Below are positions 40,392-53,100 of a stretch of 64,000 nt of DNA, in pieces. The notes beneath the pieces are model-generated. The model was not told where the DNA came from, searched no databases, and saw only the letters and a list, made by a program, of their open reading frames with translations. Numbering within the stretch: position 1 is the first letter of the stretch; each line of letters starts with the position of its first letter. The translations under genes and the position numbers were made by a program. The stretch is from contig JBHGNT010000005.1 in NCBI GenBank assembly GCA_043228905.1, positions 20,150,001 through 20,214,000 of the forward strand, in the 5' to 3' direction. This DNA is from Azolla caroliniana (lineage: Eukaryota; Plantae; Polypodiophyta).

Positions 40392-43300
40392 TGTTGAGAA
40401 TTGACGCTTCTATTCACCTTCTTATCTCGGCCACAACCGATTAATCGCGGATCAATGGAGCAGAAAATAGGAAACACACGTAGAAACAAAACGAAGAAAC
40501 GCGAGTACACAAGGATTAACGTGGAAAACCCTAAACGGGGAAAAACCACGGGAGTACAAGACTCCAAACAACACTATACAGAGAAGTATACAATGACGAG
40601 CTCCAAGGCGACGACCTTGAGCTCGCTGTCCTCGCCACAGGCGGCGGAAATACACAGAGGCGTCTACCTCTTTCTCTCTCGCGCTCTCTCTCTTTCTCTC
40701 TCTCTCACGGCTGCTCTCTCTTCACTCCTCTAAAGTGGAAAAACAGAAAAATGAGAAGCAACACCAAAACTATTTGCCCTAAGTCATATTTATACATATA
40801 TGACTTTAGGGCTATTTACAACTATAGCCTCAGGGGCCCATAACGAACATATTCACGGATATGTCCCTGCATCCGGATTGCTCTCCGGGTACATTCGTCA
40901 TCCGGCACCGAAGCCGGGGTCTTCGTCATCCGGATCCGAAACCGAAACCGGGCTCGTCGGCATTCATCTCCGACATCCGACCATCCCATCCGAAGGGACC
41001 GTAATCCCAACAAACTCCCCCTTCACTTCGGCATGGGATGTCTCTCCAATCCGACCCTCTTCCGGCATGCTTCCAGCTTGTCGGGTGTGAGGACCTTGGT
41101 CAGCATATCCGACCCGTTCTCGTCCGTGTGGATCTTTGTCAGCACGAACTCCTTGTCTTCTATCCTTTCCCGGATCCAGTGATATCTTCGCTGGATGTGC
41201 TTCGTCCGGGAGTGATAAGCCGCGTTCTTCGCAAGGTGGATTGCACTCTGACTGTCGCAGTAGAGTCGGTACTCCTCCTGCCGGATACCGAGCTCTCTAA
41301 TGAAGTCCTTCATCCATATTATTTCCTTGCCGGCTTCAACAGCTGCCATGTACTCCGCCTCCGTGGTTGACAACGCAACCGTCTTCTGCAGCCTCGACTG
41401 CCACGAAACAGCTCCCCCTGCATACGTCATCACATACCCTGATGTGGACCGGCTGGTATCTGCATCAGCCGACATATCCGAATCGGTGAAGCCGTCAAGT
41501 TCGGGCTTACCGGAGCCGAATCGGAGGCACACGTTTGCCGTGCCCTTCAGGTATCGGAGTATCCACTTGGCCGCGTTCCAATGCTCTTTGCCGGGATTGC
41601 TCATGTACCGGCTCACCACTCCGACTGCATATCCGATGTCCGGTCTCGTACACACCATGGCGTACATCAAGCTCCCGACTGCTGAGGCATACGGCACTTT
41701 CATCATATCCTCCTTTTCAGCCTTTGTCTTGGGACTTTGCTTGCTGGACAGCTTGCAGTTTGCAGGGAGGGTCGATCCGACCGGTCTTGCTTCCCACATG
41801 TTGAACCGGTGAAGCACCTTCGTCACGTACTTCTCCTGTGACAGCCACAACTGCTTCTTCTTCCTGTCCCGGATGATGTGCATCCCTAGTATTTGCCTCG
41901 CCGGACCCAGGTCCTTCATTGAGAAGGTTCGGTGAAGAGCCTTCTTCAGCATCCGTATCTTGACCTGGTCCCGTCCGACGATCAACATGTCGTCCACGTA
42001 CAGGAGGAGTATTAGGGAGTCTCCTCCTTCGAACTTCTTCACAAACACGCAGTGGTCGGACTGCGTTTTGAGGTACCCTTCGTCGGTCATGAAGGAGTCG
42101 AACTTCCGGTACCATTGCCGGGGAGCCTGCTTCAGTCCGTAAAGGCTCTTCTTCAATCGGCATACCAGGTGCTCCTTCCCTTTCTTCTCGAATCCTTCCG
42201 GTTGCTGCATGTAGATCTCTTCATCGAGGTCACCGTGAAGGAATGCCGTCTTCACGTCCATCTGTTCTACCTCGAGGTCCATGCTTGCCGCTATGCTCAG
42301 CACCGTCCGGATGGAGGTCATCTTCACTACCGGGGCAAATATCTCGTCGAAGTCGACGCCCTTCTTCTGCTGAAACCCCTTCACCACGATCCTGGCTTTG
42401 TATCTCGGGGGGTTTCCGGCATCTCCCGGTTTCAGCTTGAACACCCACTTGTTTCGCAGTGCCCGCTTTCCTTTCGGCAACTCCACAAGTTCATATGTGT
42501 GGTTCTCATGCAGGGAATCCATCTCATCCTGCATGGCACTCAACCACCTGCGGCTCTGGGTGTCATGCTTTGCTTCTTCAAAGCTCTCCGGCTCCCCCTC
42601 GTCGGTTAGCAACACGTGCTCTGGTTCCGGAAATCTCCGGGGGGCCCTTCTCTCTCTTAGAGGGTATCTCCGTTCCGGAGCTTCGGTAACCGGTTCTTCC
42701 GATTCTTCTTCTTCATCCGAATCCATTTCGGGATCGGGGCCGGTTCCGGTATCATTTTCATCTTCTTCGGCCGGTTCTGTTTCTTCACCGTCTTCGGCCG
42801 GATCCTCGAGTGTTAACCGGTCCCTTGCCGGTCGGGACTGCTCCTCGTAGAGTTGATCCTCACCGATCGACTTGGAGCTCTTCATCTTCTTCTCCGACTC
42901 CCAGTCGGCGAGTGTCTTGTCCTCCATGAAGATGATGTCTCGACTCCTGAATATCTTCTTGTCGACCGGGTCCCATACTCGGTAGCCGAACTCGTCGTCG
43001 CCGTAACCGAGGAATATGCATGGCCGGGTCTTAGGATCTAGCTTTCCTCTCCGGTCCTTTGCCACATGCACGTATGCGAGACACCCGAACACCTTCAGAT
43101 GCCGGTAGGACACTTCCTTACCGGTCCACACTCTCTGCGGCGTGTCTCCGTCCAAAGGAACTGAGGGTGATCTGTTTATCACATATGTCGCCGTCGACAT
43201 TGCCTCAGCCCAAAACCCCTTGGGTAATTTCGCATGCGCCAGCATACTCCGGACCCGCTCCATTATGGTCCGGTTCATCCTCTCGGCCAGCCCGTTCAGT

Positions 43301-45749
43301 TCCGGCGTCTTCGGCACAGTAAACTCGAGCCGGATTCCCTTCGAGCGACAGTACTCCTGGAACTGCCCCCGGTATTCCCCTCCGTTATCCGCTCGTATCG
43401 CTTTCAGCTTCTTGCCGGATTCCCTTTCCACTCTCGCGTGGAGTTCTTTGAAGACGGACAACACTTGGTCCTTTGTCTTCAACGGTGCCGTCCACAGCTT
43501 CCGGCTGTGATCATCAATGAATGTCACGAAGTACTGGGCTCCGCCATGTGACTTCGTTTCTACCTGACACACATCAGTGTGCACCAACTCCAATGGTGCG
43601 CTACGTCTCGTCGGTGGCCTTGAGTGGAAGGAGGTTCGGTTTTGCTTACCGGCCAGGCAGTCGGTGCACTTCTCCAGGTGCACATGCTTCACTGGAATAA
43701 GGTTGTCTTCTGCAAGCCTCTTCATCCCCTTCTCACTCATGTGGCACAGTCGCTTGTGCCACAGCTCACCGGCAGCGACGGCTGCCACGTTCAGCTCCTC
43801 CGGACATAGCCGGGAATTCATCAGGTACAGAGTGTTGACCTTCCGGGCCCGAGCCACTATCAGGCTCCCCTTGCTGAACTTCATGACACCGTCCCGGATG
43901 CTACCCGTGTAGCCTTCATCATCTAGCCTCCCGGCCGAGATCAGGTTCAATCGGACCTCCGGAACGTGTCGCACATTCTTCAGCAGCAGCTTGCATCCGG
44001 TTGATGTCATCAGCCACACGTCTCCTATGCCGGCAATCCGGCATGTGCCTTCATTTCCCATCCGGACACAGCCATGTTCACCGGCTGTGTAGGATGAGAA
44101 GTATTTCTTCTCCGGGGTCAGGTGGAACGACGCTCCGGAATCGACCACCCAGGTCATCTCTTCACCGACAAGGTTTAGCTCCGTCTCTTCGGTAATGAGC
44201 ATTATCTCTTCTTCGCTTGCTGCGAATGCCGTCGTTCCTTTCCGGTCCTGCCCTCGCCGATCCGGACCTCTCCGGTCCGTGGCTCCCCGGTATGCACCGT
44301 TTCTCTCCGGTGACTTCTTCGAATCGGTGTCGTCGGCTCCGTTGTCCTTTCGGTAATGCCGACAGTTCTTCCGGAAGTGCCCCGGCTTCCCACAGTGGAA
44401 GCATGTTGGCCTTCCTCTTGACTGCGACCGGGTCCCCGACTTCTCCCGTCTTTGCGGACTCCGGTTCCACTGTCTTACCCGATCCGATTCGGTAAACAGC
44501 ATCTTCGGGTCGGAGGCCGGTTCCTTATCTCTCCGACGCGCTTCTTCATTCAGAATACTTGTCTTTACCGTTTGTAGGGACAAGTTATCTTCGGTGCAGG
44601 AGGTGCTGAGAGTCACCACCAAGTTCTCCCAGCTGTCCGGCAATGTACACATCAGGATGATGGCTTGCATTGCATCCTCCAACGGGAACTTGATCGCCGC
44701 AAGCTGATTCACGAATCCCATGAACGTGCTTACGTGTTCTACCATACTCTCGCCGTCCCGGTACTTGAGGTTCACTATCTTCCTCATCAGGGAGGTCCGG
44801 TTCAACGCATTCTTCCTCTCATAGAGGCCAGACAGCTTCTTCCACATCTCGTATGCGTTGGTGTCGTTCGCCACATGTTGCAGGACGCTTACGTCGACAT
44901 ATTGTCGGATCGTCGCTACGGCTTTCCGGTTCAGGAGCTTCCACTCCGACTCAAGTACCCCCTTCGGTATTTCCGACCTGTCAATCGGTTCGTACAGGTC
45001 CCGAACAATCAGAAGATCCTCCATCTTGATCTTCCAGTCGGCGTAATTCTGTGCATTCAGCACCATCATCATCGGCTGCCCGCTGCCGCCGCCTTCCATT
45101 TTCTGCAACAGTCGCTCTGATACCAGTTTGTTGAGAATTGACGCTTCTATTCACCTTCTTATCTCGGCCACAACCGATTAATCGCGGATCAATGGAGCAG
45201 AAAATAGGAAACACACGTAGAAACAAAACGAAGAAACGCGAGTACACAAGGATTAACGTGGAAAACCCTAAACGGGGAAAAACCACGGGAGTACAAGACT
45301 CCAAACAACACTATACAGAGAAGTATACAATGACGAGCTCCAAGGCGACGACCTTGAGCTCGCTGTCCTCGCCACAGGCGGCGGAAATACACAGAGGCGT
45401 CTACCTCTTTCTCTCTCGCGCTCTCTCTCTTTCTCTCTCTCTCACGGCTGCTCTCTCTTCACTCCTCTAAAGTGGAAAAACAGAAAAATGAGAAGCAACA
45501 CCAAAACTATTTGCCCTAAGTCATATTTATACATATATGACTTTAGGGCTATTTACAACTATAGCCTCAGGGGCCCATAACGAACATATTCACGGATATG
45601 TCCCTGCATCCGGATTGCTCTCCGGGTACATTCGTCATCCGGCACCGAAGCCGGGGTCTTCGTCATCCGGATCCGAAACCGAAACCGGGCTCGTCGGCAT
45701 TCATCTCCGACATCCGACCATCCCATCCGAAGGGACCGTAATCCCAACA
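40392..45749 (-). mobile_element. Intact, very recent Ty1/copia (Tork/Tnt1-like); 621-bp LTRs 40392-41012 and 45129-45749; TSD GGAAG
   Basis: No LTR differences seen by eye; PBS tRNA-iMet at 45114-45125; PPT GAAGGGGGAG next to 41013; uninterrupted ORF. Confidence 0.97.
41023..45099 (-). CDS. Copia Gag-Pol polyprotein, 1358 aa from the ATG
   Basis: CFHCGKPGHFRKNC zinc knuckle, WVVDSGAS protease, HHCC and D,D35E integrase, LYVDDML RT, RNase H (TDSD, EAEY, CDS). Confidence 0.97.
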   Translation of the reverse strand: MEGGGSGQPMMMVLNAQNYADWKIKMEDLLIVRDLYEPIDRSEIPKGVLESEWKLLNRKAVATIRQYVDVSVLQHVANDTNAYEMWKKLSGLYERKNALNRTSLMRKIVNLKYRDGESMVEHVSTFMGFVNQLAAIKFPLEDAMQAIILMCTLPDSWENLVVTLSTSCTEDNLSLQTVKTSILNEEARRRDKEPASDPKMLFTESDRVRQWNRSPQRREKSGTRSQSRGRPTCFHCGKPGHFRKNCRHYRKDNGADDTDSKKSPERNGAYRGATDRRGPDRRGQDRKGTTAFAASEEEIMLITEETELNLVGEEMTWVVDSGASFHLTPEKKYFSSYTAGEHGCVRMGNEGTCRIAGIGDVWLMTSTGCKLLLKNVRHVPEVRLNLISAGRLDDEGYTGSIRDGVMKFSKGSLIVARARKVNTLYLMNSRLCPEELNVAAVAAGELWHKRLCHMSEKGMKRLAEDNLIPVKHVHLEKCTDCLAGKQNRTSFHSRPPTRRSAPLELVHTDVCQVETKSHGGAQYFVTFIDDHSRKLWTAPLKTKDQVLSVFKELHARVERESGKKLKAIRADNGGEYRGQFQEYCRSKGIRLEFTVPKTPELNGLAERMNRTIMERVRSMLAHAKLPKGFWAEAMSTATYVINRSPSVPLDGDTPQRVWTGKEVSYRHLKVFGCLAYVHVAKDRRGKLDPKTRPCIFLGYGDDEFGYRVWDPVDKKIFRSRDIIFMEDKTLADWESEKKMKSSKSIGEDQLYEEQSRPARDRLTLEDPAEDGEETEPAEEDENDTGTGPDPEMDSDEEEESEEPVTEAPERRYPLRERRAPRRFPEPEHVLLTDEGEPESFEEAKHDTQSRRWLSAMQDEMDSLHENHTYELVELPKGKRALRNKWVFKLKPGDAGNPPRYKARIVVKGFQQKKGVDFDEIFAPVVKMTSIRTVLSIAASMDLEVEQMDVKTAFLHGDLDEEIYMQQPEGFEKKGKEHLVCRLKKSLYGLKQAPRQWYRKFDSFMTDEGYLKTQSDHCVFVKKFEGGDSLILLLYVDDMLIVGRDQVKIRMLKKALHRTFSMKDLGPARQILGMHIIRDRKKKQLWLSQEKYVTKVLHRFNMWEARPVGSTLPANCKLSSKQSPKTKAEKEDMMKVPYASAVGSLMYAMVCTRPDIGYAVGVVSRYMSNPGKEHWNAAKWILRYLKGTANVCLRFGSGKPELDGFTDSDMSADADTSRSTSGYVMTYAGGAVSWQSRLQKTVALSTTEAEYMAAVEAGKEIIWMKDFIRELGIRQEEYRLYCDSQSAIHLAKNAAYHSRTKHIQRRYHWIRERIEDKEFVLTKIHTDENGSDMLTKVLTPDKLEACRKRVGLERHPMPK

Positions 45750-47972
45750 GGAAGTGCAGCTATTTCATGGAGTAGCAAGAAACAAGCTATTGTTGCATTA
45801 TCAAGTACTAAAGCTGAATATAGAGGAGCTGCAATAGCTATCCATGAAAAGGTATGGATCAGAAGATTACTTTCTGATTTGGGAGAGTATATAGATGGTG
45901 CAGTCACAATTTGGTGTGACAATATGAGCAACATTCAATTGGCAAAAAACCTAGTGTTCCATGCAAGAACAAAGCACATTGAAGTGCATTATCACTTTGT
46001 TAGAGAAAAAGTGATTGATGGAGAAGTGGATCTGTTGTATGTAAGTACAAATCAGCAAGTTGCTGATATTCTTACGAAGGGATTGAGCATGGAAAAACAT
46101 ACACAGTTTAGAGACATGATGGGAGTTATAACCATCGGCATGGCACTATTTAGCAATGCACAACTATTTAGCTACTGACAGCTATTTAACTATAGACAGC
46201 TAATTAGCTACTCGCAGCTAATTAGCTGCATATATAAGTCACTTATGTACTTAGGTAAAAATTAGGAAAGTGAGTAAGAGTGAGAGTAGTGTAGAGAGAG
46301 TAAGAACAAAAAACAGAAAACTAATGAGAGCGAGTTGAGCTCTGTGTGTAATGGAATAGAAGCTTTTGGACTGTGTAGAGGTAAGTCTCCTTCCCCTTCC
46401 CCTTTCTATCTTGAGCACTAAAAGATCCAGCACATCACGATCTGTTGTGCACATAGAAGCGCCGTAGTGCCTTCGTAATATTCAGTTGGCCCATATTTAG
46501 CATATCCATTAATAAGGGTATTCCACAATGTCACATCTTGACTTGGTAGATTCTTGACTACATCCCGTGCTAGCGTAAGAGAGCCACCTTTTGCGTACAT
46601 GTCTATCAAAGCATTACCAAGAAATAGATCTCTTTCGTACCCATCTTTAGCAATCTCCAAATGTAATTCTTGACCTTCATCCCAATTACCATCTTTGAGC
46701 TAACTCTCAAGTTGTTTAGATAATTGACAACACCAGGAATAAACCCCTCCATTTGCACATGCTCAACAAATTTAAGAGTTTCTTCACAAAACCCAATTCC
46801 ACATTACCTTGATCTTGCATAAACTAAATATAATTCAATGGTTCTTTATCTTGGTTATTCTCTACATATCCTCTCGTGCTTTTGCAAGGAAACAAAATAT
46901 ATGAGACAGTATCTGGGCAATGCCATCATTTTGAATCTATTTAAAATGGTTCAACTTTGTGACCTTAACCTTATTTAGCATACTCACCAATAAGTGCAGT
47001 CCAAGAGACTATATCTCAAATAGGAACCTGTTGAAGCACTTTCTAAGATTTTACAAATTCTCCATATTTGGCATGCATTGTTCAAAAAAAGGAGAGTGTT
47101 GTCTCTCTCACTATATCCATTGAGGAAACCACATTTGGCCTACATACCCACTAAGGTATTGGCAATGAGGGTCTCAATATGTATTACACTACATTGATTG
47201 ATGTCTTGAGTATCACCACAAACGTTCAAGCCAGAAACAAACACACGTGTATTTGGCAAGATATTATGTGTTTGCATCTCCTTCATGAGGTTTAGTGCTT
47301 CCTCACTATGCTCATGTTCTACATAACCAATTATTAATGCAGTCCATAGGATCACATCTTTGACTGGCAAGTTGTCAAAAACTTGACGTGTTACTTCACT
47401 GGGTAGCAGTTTCATTATTAACACCTAGAGCAATTTTTTGCGAAGTTTGGTCACAACATCAATAATAGCTTCAGGTCTAGGTGGACCAATGGCACACCTT
47501 CAACTCACATTTTCTCATAGCACATGAGTGTCTCCTTATCATATCCATGCTCACCGTCATTTTGCCTTGTGTTAAAAAAGAGTCCATGCTTTCTAACAAG
47601 ATCTATGTTGGGATGCACTCCAAGAAACCACATACATCTTGAACTAGAAGCCCCTTGAGCACTTTATGTACTTTTCATAGTTGATCACATTTAGCCTACA
47701 TATCCAATACCATGAGACCAAATCTTGACTATGAAGTTCATCAAAAAACAAGCGAGTTTTTTCCAAATCGTTACATTTGGCATACATGTCAATGAAAGTA
47801 GCATTCCCTCAAGCATAACATTGTCTTCCAATAAACTTTTACTAATTATCTCATCATGGATTCGTTAACCCTTAGAGATTCCCCAAGGGCACCACATGCT
47901 TTCAAATACAAGTAGTCCCAATGCATCATTTCTAAACATTTCAACATCCTTGCCACATTGATAGTGGACTAT

Positions 47973-48631
47973 TGTTAGGAAACAGGTCCCTCTGGATGGG
48001 AAGTGAGAAGAACAGTACTGATGAGCAAACTCGGCCGAGGCCGAAACCGGATGTGGTGTACCCGGCAAGCGCCGGATGACGAGTACCTGGCTACGGAAGA
48101 CCCGGTGAGAACCGGATGACGAGTACCTGGCTACGGAAGACCCGGTGTGAACCGGATGAGGAGTACCCGACAAGAGCCGGATGGTGAAGGCCCGGTGAGA
48201 AGTGCTCACCGGATGAAGGGACATATTTGTAAATAGCCGAAAAGTCATATTAGTATAAATATGACTTAGGGCAAACAGAGAATGGAGTAGTTGTTGTCAT
48301 TCTTGTTGGTGTAAGAAGAGAGAGCACGTAACAGTGTACAGAGAGAGAGAGAGAGAGAGAAAGAGGTCGTTGCCTCTGTTGTAATCGCCGCCTGTGGCAA
48401 AGATAGAAAGCTCGAGGTTGTTGCCTCGGTGCTTTACTGTTGTACATTGCAACATAGTGATAGTTTGCAGCCTGTGGGCTGCCGTGGTTTTTCCCTAGTT
48501 TGGGTTTTCCACGTAAACATCCAGTGTACTCTTCTCCTTTGTGTCGTGCATTCATTTCCTGTTTTCTGTATTTGATCCTAGACTCGGTTGTGGCCGAGCG
48601 TTGTGCTTAGGGAGTGTGCAGGTTCCTGTCA
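47973..48631 (+). mobile_element. Solo LTR (same family group as 818-1464) with TSD ACTAT
   Basis: TGTTAGG...TGTCA ends; ACTAT on both sides; shares TATAAATATGACTTAGGGCAAA and CGTGGTTTTTCCC..GGGTTTTCCACGTAAA blocks. Confidence 0.9.
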
Positions 48632-48979
48632 ACTATTTCTACATTTCTGAATTCACTACATTTAGCATACATAGCCATCAAAGCAAAATAATAGCACACC
48701 ATGAGACAACATCTCAAACCTGATGCTCCATAAACACTTTATAAGCTTCTCCAGTGCACCGCCTTTGGCATATATAGTAGTCAAAACACTTCCTAAATAG
48801 GGGTTTTCTCATGTAATCCTTTCTCTCACTCTCTTTTATTTATATTTTTTTTGTTTTGTTTTTTTTATAGTCCAATCTTTCTAGGTGTTGATTCCCATCT
48901 GGCTTTGCTTTTAACCATGTTTTGTGTACCTTCCACTATCTGCTTTGAACCATTTTTACATTGACATTAGCCATGATGA

Positions 48980-50110
48980 TGTTTGCTTTATCACAACCTC
49001 AAAAAATGTGCTTTGACCCCCACACCATCTTCACTCATCCTTATCTCACAAAAAAATTCTTCATCAAGTTTGCATCAACCATGCCGATTACCACCACATT
49101 CCATATGTTGGCATGTCTACGCAAGTGCTAGCTTCACTCATCTTTATCCTCCACACCATCTTCACTCATCCTTATCCCACAAAAAATTCCATATGCTTCA
49201 ATCCCTACCACCACACCAACATCAGTTGTCCTAATGATCAACATAAATATTCTACAACAGCTCAAACTCACCAATCATCTTGCCATCTCACCTATTTCCA
49301 TCAAACATCCTGTATAAACAACAAAAATTTAGTGTAAATAATTTCCTCACCTACTTATAATATTTTGCTTCATCCCCCACACCATCTTCACTCATCCTTA
49401 TCCCTCAAAAGAATTTGCTTCTTAAGTCCACATCAACCATCTCACCGATTACCACCAAATTCCTGTACAAATAATAGCAAAATGATTATAAAATGTTTCC
49501 TCATCCCCTCATATACTTGCTTCAACCCCCACACCATCGTCACTCATCCTCTCGTCATGGCAATATGCTATAAAGACAATAACTACATGACAACAACGAC
49601 AAGATGATCCTGTTTGCCGCACTCCCTAAGAAACCTAAAATCTTCTTCATTCCGACCACATAACTTCCCACCGACCAACTTGCCATGTCGCTGACTACCA
49701 CCAACCTTCACCACCCCAACATCACTTGTCTCAAGCTCGCCAATCATCTTGCCATCTCATCGATTTCCATCGAGAATCCTGACATATAGACAACAAATAA
49801 ATTAGTGTAAATAGTTTCCTCACCTACTCATGATAATATGCTTCAAACGCCACACCATCTTTACGCATCCTTATCCCTCAAAAGAATTTTGCTTCTTAAT
49901 TCCACATCAACCCCCTTGCCGAGTACCACCACTACTCATAATAATGTGCTTCAACCCTCACACTATCTTCAGTCATCCTTATTGCTCAAAAAGAATTTGC
50001 TTCTTAAGTCCACAACAACCATCTCGCTAATTGGCACCAAATTCCAGCTTGCCATGTCGTTGACTACCACCAACATCACAACAACATCACTTATCCTGAC
50101 AAAAATAGCA
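48980..50110. repeat. Degenerate complex tandem repeat (core CACACCATCTTCACTCATCCTTATC..CAAAA, about 6 copies)
   Basis: Core seen near 49020, 49150, 49377, 49528, 49850 and 49958, with longer repeated blocks. Confidence 0.75.
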
Positions 50111-50143
50111 TCACTCATCTATGTTTTGTCATGTTATTTGTAC

Positions 50144-53100
50144 TTATGATTGTGTTGGTGGCGGGAACAACCAACGAGGTGGTACATAATTCCGCTTGAC
50201 ATCTGCGGTTTCATTCAACATAATAGGAATAGATGACCAGACTCTACGAATACTCATTCTTTTCTTATTAGTTGTGTGTCTAGAACCCTTATAACTATCA
50301 TATTCACCTTTAACCGTATGTACCAATAAGTCCCAAAACGACTTAACCTGATCCACGATGTGAATGTTTTCATCATTATATAGCTTGGAACACCTGTCTT
50401 TCCAAAGAACCCATAAAGCCAAAGAGGAGACAATTTGCCAGACATAACTCTGGGAGAAAAACTTGATTCCCTGCAAGGAGGTTGAAGTAGAGTATACCTC
50501 CAAACTTCCGACATGTAATGTCAAGGAAGAATAATGATGATGATAGAAAGTCATTTGTTGATCTAACCTTCCCCAGAAGACTGCACCCCATGTGAAAATC
50601 CCCGACCTATACTTACGACCTAGTAGCCTAAGAATTCGAAACCAAAAATGTTTTGTGACAACACATTCCCAAAATACATGATGCAATGACTCATGTACAA
50701 GGCCACACATAACGCATCACCGATTAGATACAGATCCCCTCATCAAATCACCTACTGGCAACACATAATGAATCATCAACCAACGAAAGTATAATATCTT
50801 GTTTATACATTTAGTTGACCAAAATTGTTTCCAAAACATCAGTATATGAGAAGAGGAGACATTACCTTCCTCTCAATACTTTTTTTCAGCAGGTACTAAC
50901 TCGGTCTGACTCAACATAAAGTTTCTCCTGAACGCCACCGAATATGTGAAGAATGGGAGGACCTTAGTGGAATTATTAGGCATGGACAATTTCCAACCAT
51001 AATCTGCAAGATCCCACTGTAGATCAGCAAGTGGCCTAGAGTGTAAAACCCAAATATGAGATGCATAGTTAGCAATTAAGGGACTAGGGTCAATAAATAA
51101 CTTTTTATCCAATCGAGCAATTACTCGCACTGGTAATTGCTTTGCAGTGGACATAATTGGAGACTCGTCATCGTACTAATACCAACCTACCATTATCCAA
51201 CACCATAGAAGTAGAGACTACCATTTTAATGATATAAACAAGCACCTATAAGTATATTAAGTGTCGAAAACATACCGTACCAACTTTGAAAATGATTGAA
51301 CTGCAAAGTTGGCATTGTGACTTGATACACCATGGACAATTGAGATACCATTATGTTTGCCCCTCTTAAGTTAGACAACCTATTCTTTCGGTCCTGTGCT
51401 GATGTCTGCAAAAACTTTATCCAATCTGTAATTGTACGGGCTGGACCATTGCCCATTGAAACCCAAGATAACCTAGGCGGTAGACCCAACACACATGCAA
51501 CTTCATCCGTAAATAAAGGGTTCCATATCAAAGGTTGACGCATGAATTGAGGATAATTTTTCGGTGGCAAGAAAACAAGTGCTTGACGAATACTTTCCCA
51601 TGCTCGAAATATTCCATTAAAGAAACGTAATGATCCAACATTAGACTTAGGTAATGGAAAATCTGCATTGAAAAACCATCTAAGACTATCATTCCATTGA
51701 CCACCTACTGATGTCTTGACCTTATGTAAATGCCGAATCCATAGCTTTTTCCATAACTCCTCTCCTAGCAATAAACTCCTAACAACATGTTTAGAAAGTA
51801 AGGCTTTACTTTGGATAAAAGGATCAATCAGACCTAGACCTCCTTTCTGTGTAGATTGTATAAGAACCGACCAAGCTACCTTTGCTACCGGATTGTCTGT
51901 CATGTTGTTCCCCCAAATAAAATTTCATAGTAGGCGTTGAACTTTAAGCATTATTGTCCTCGAAAACAACCATGTAGATGCTATATACCAAATCGAGGAC
52001 AAAAGCACCGAATTAGCTACAACTATACGTCCCGCTCAGGATAGATTTTCCTTATTCCAGTATATTAGCTTATTCCTTAATCTTAACAAAAAGGGTTCAA
52101 CCACATCGTCTGCCTTTAATCCCAAACCCACTCTACAACCTAAGTACCTAATGGATTGACCTTGAGGTATCCAGGTGAATCCTGCAGAAGGCACATTAAT
52201 TGGGGGATCTCCTAGAGCAACCCAAAAACCTAATGACTTATCCCAATTTATCAATGCACCCGATGCATCTGAGAAATCGTCCACAACCTTTTGCACCTAT
52301 GCCAAATTTAATTGTGAGGCCTGAACACATAAAGCTGTATCATCAACAAACTCGCTATCCATGGCAACATACGACACTTGTAGTGCTAACCCTTTAATAT
52401 TTACATATTCAGAATTTAGATGTACAAAAAATGCTTTAGATACTAGTAAAAATAGGAAAGGAGCAAGTGGACATCCCTATTGTACTGATCTTGAAATTGA
52501 AAATCTCCTACCAATATCCCCTGCAAATAAAAGAGAGCTATATGCATTATGATATAATGTTGATACTCCTCGTATCCATGTGTTTGGGAAACCCATCCTA
52601 ACCAATGTTCCCTCCATAAAATCCCAGTCCACTCTGTCATAAGCCTTTTCAAAATCAAGAAATAACACCGCTAGGTCTTGCTTATGCAATTCCGCAAAGG
52701 CAACAATTTCTCAAAAGAGAATAATATTATAAAAAATACTTCTCTCTTGCATAAAACCAGTATGAGAATCATGAATCAACTCCGAAAGATAAGGCTGTAG
52801 CCGTCTAGCTAACGTTTTTGCTAATATTTTATAAATAACATTCAACAAGGTAATTGGTCTCCAATGTTGAAGCTCTTCTAATTGTCCACTTGATTTAGGA
52901 ATCATATAAATTAAACCCTCCTTCCATTCTTGTGGCATATTTCCCGAGTCTAATATCTGTTGGTAGGCTTTGGTCAATCCATCACCTATCAAATCCCAAT
53001 ATCGAATATACCACTGGACTCCCAACCCATCCAAGCCAAGACAAACATCTTTAGCAAGGGTTTTAGCAGCTTTAAGAACCTCTTGAGAATTTAATGGTTG

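Larger units (their letters stand above)
35985..46480 (+). mobile_element. Full-length but decayed Ty1/copia; 5' LTR 35985-36384, truncated 3' LTR about 46144-46480; TSD TTCAA/TTCAG
   Basis: PBS TGGTATTAGAGC at 36385-36396. gag MAAENASQIVTEKLDK, WYVDSRAS, CEACQYGK, YVDDL, WSSKKQ; several premature stops. RNase H is interrupted by the 40392 element. Confidence 0.92.
35230..48800 (-). pseudogene. PLS-class pentatricopeptide repeat pseudogene split by a copia element (35985-46480) and a solo LTR (47973-48631)
   Basis: Fragments DLFLGNALIDMYAKGG..VTLWNTLINGY, VFDNLPVKDVILWTALIIGY, PNMMTFSSMLKVCG, DSLIDMYIKGG; many stops; outer boundaries approximate. Confidence 0.82.

Noticed and set aside
41038-45120. 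Many plus-strand ORFs over the copia polyprotein (similar shadows occur over CSLD)
   Set aside because: Antisense shadows of GC-rich coding sequence.
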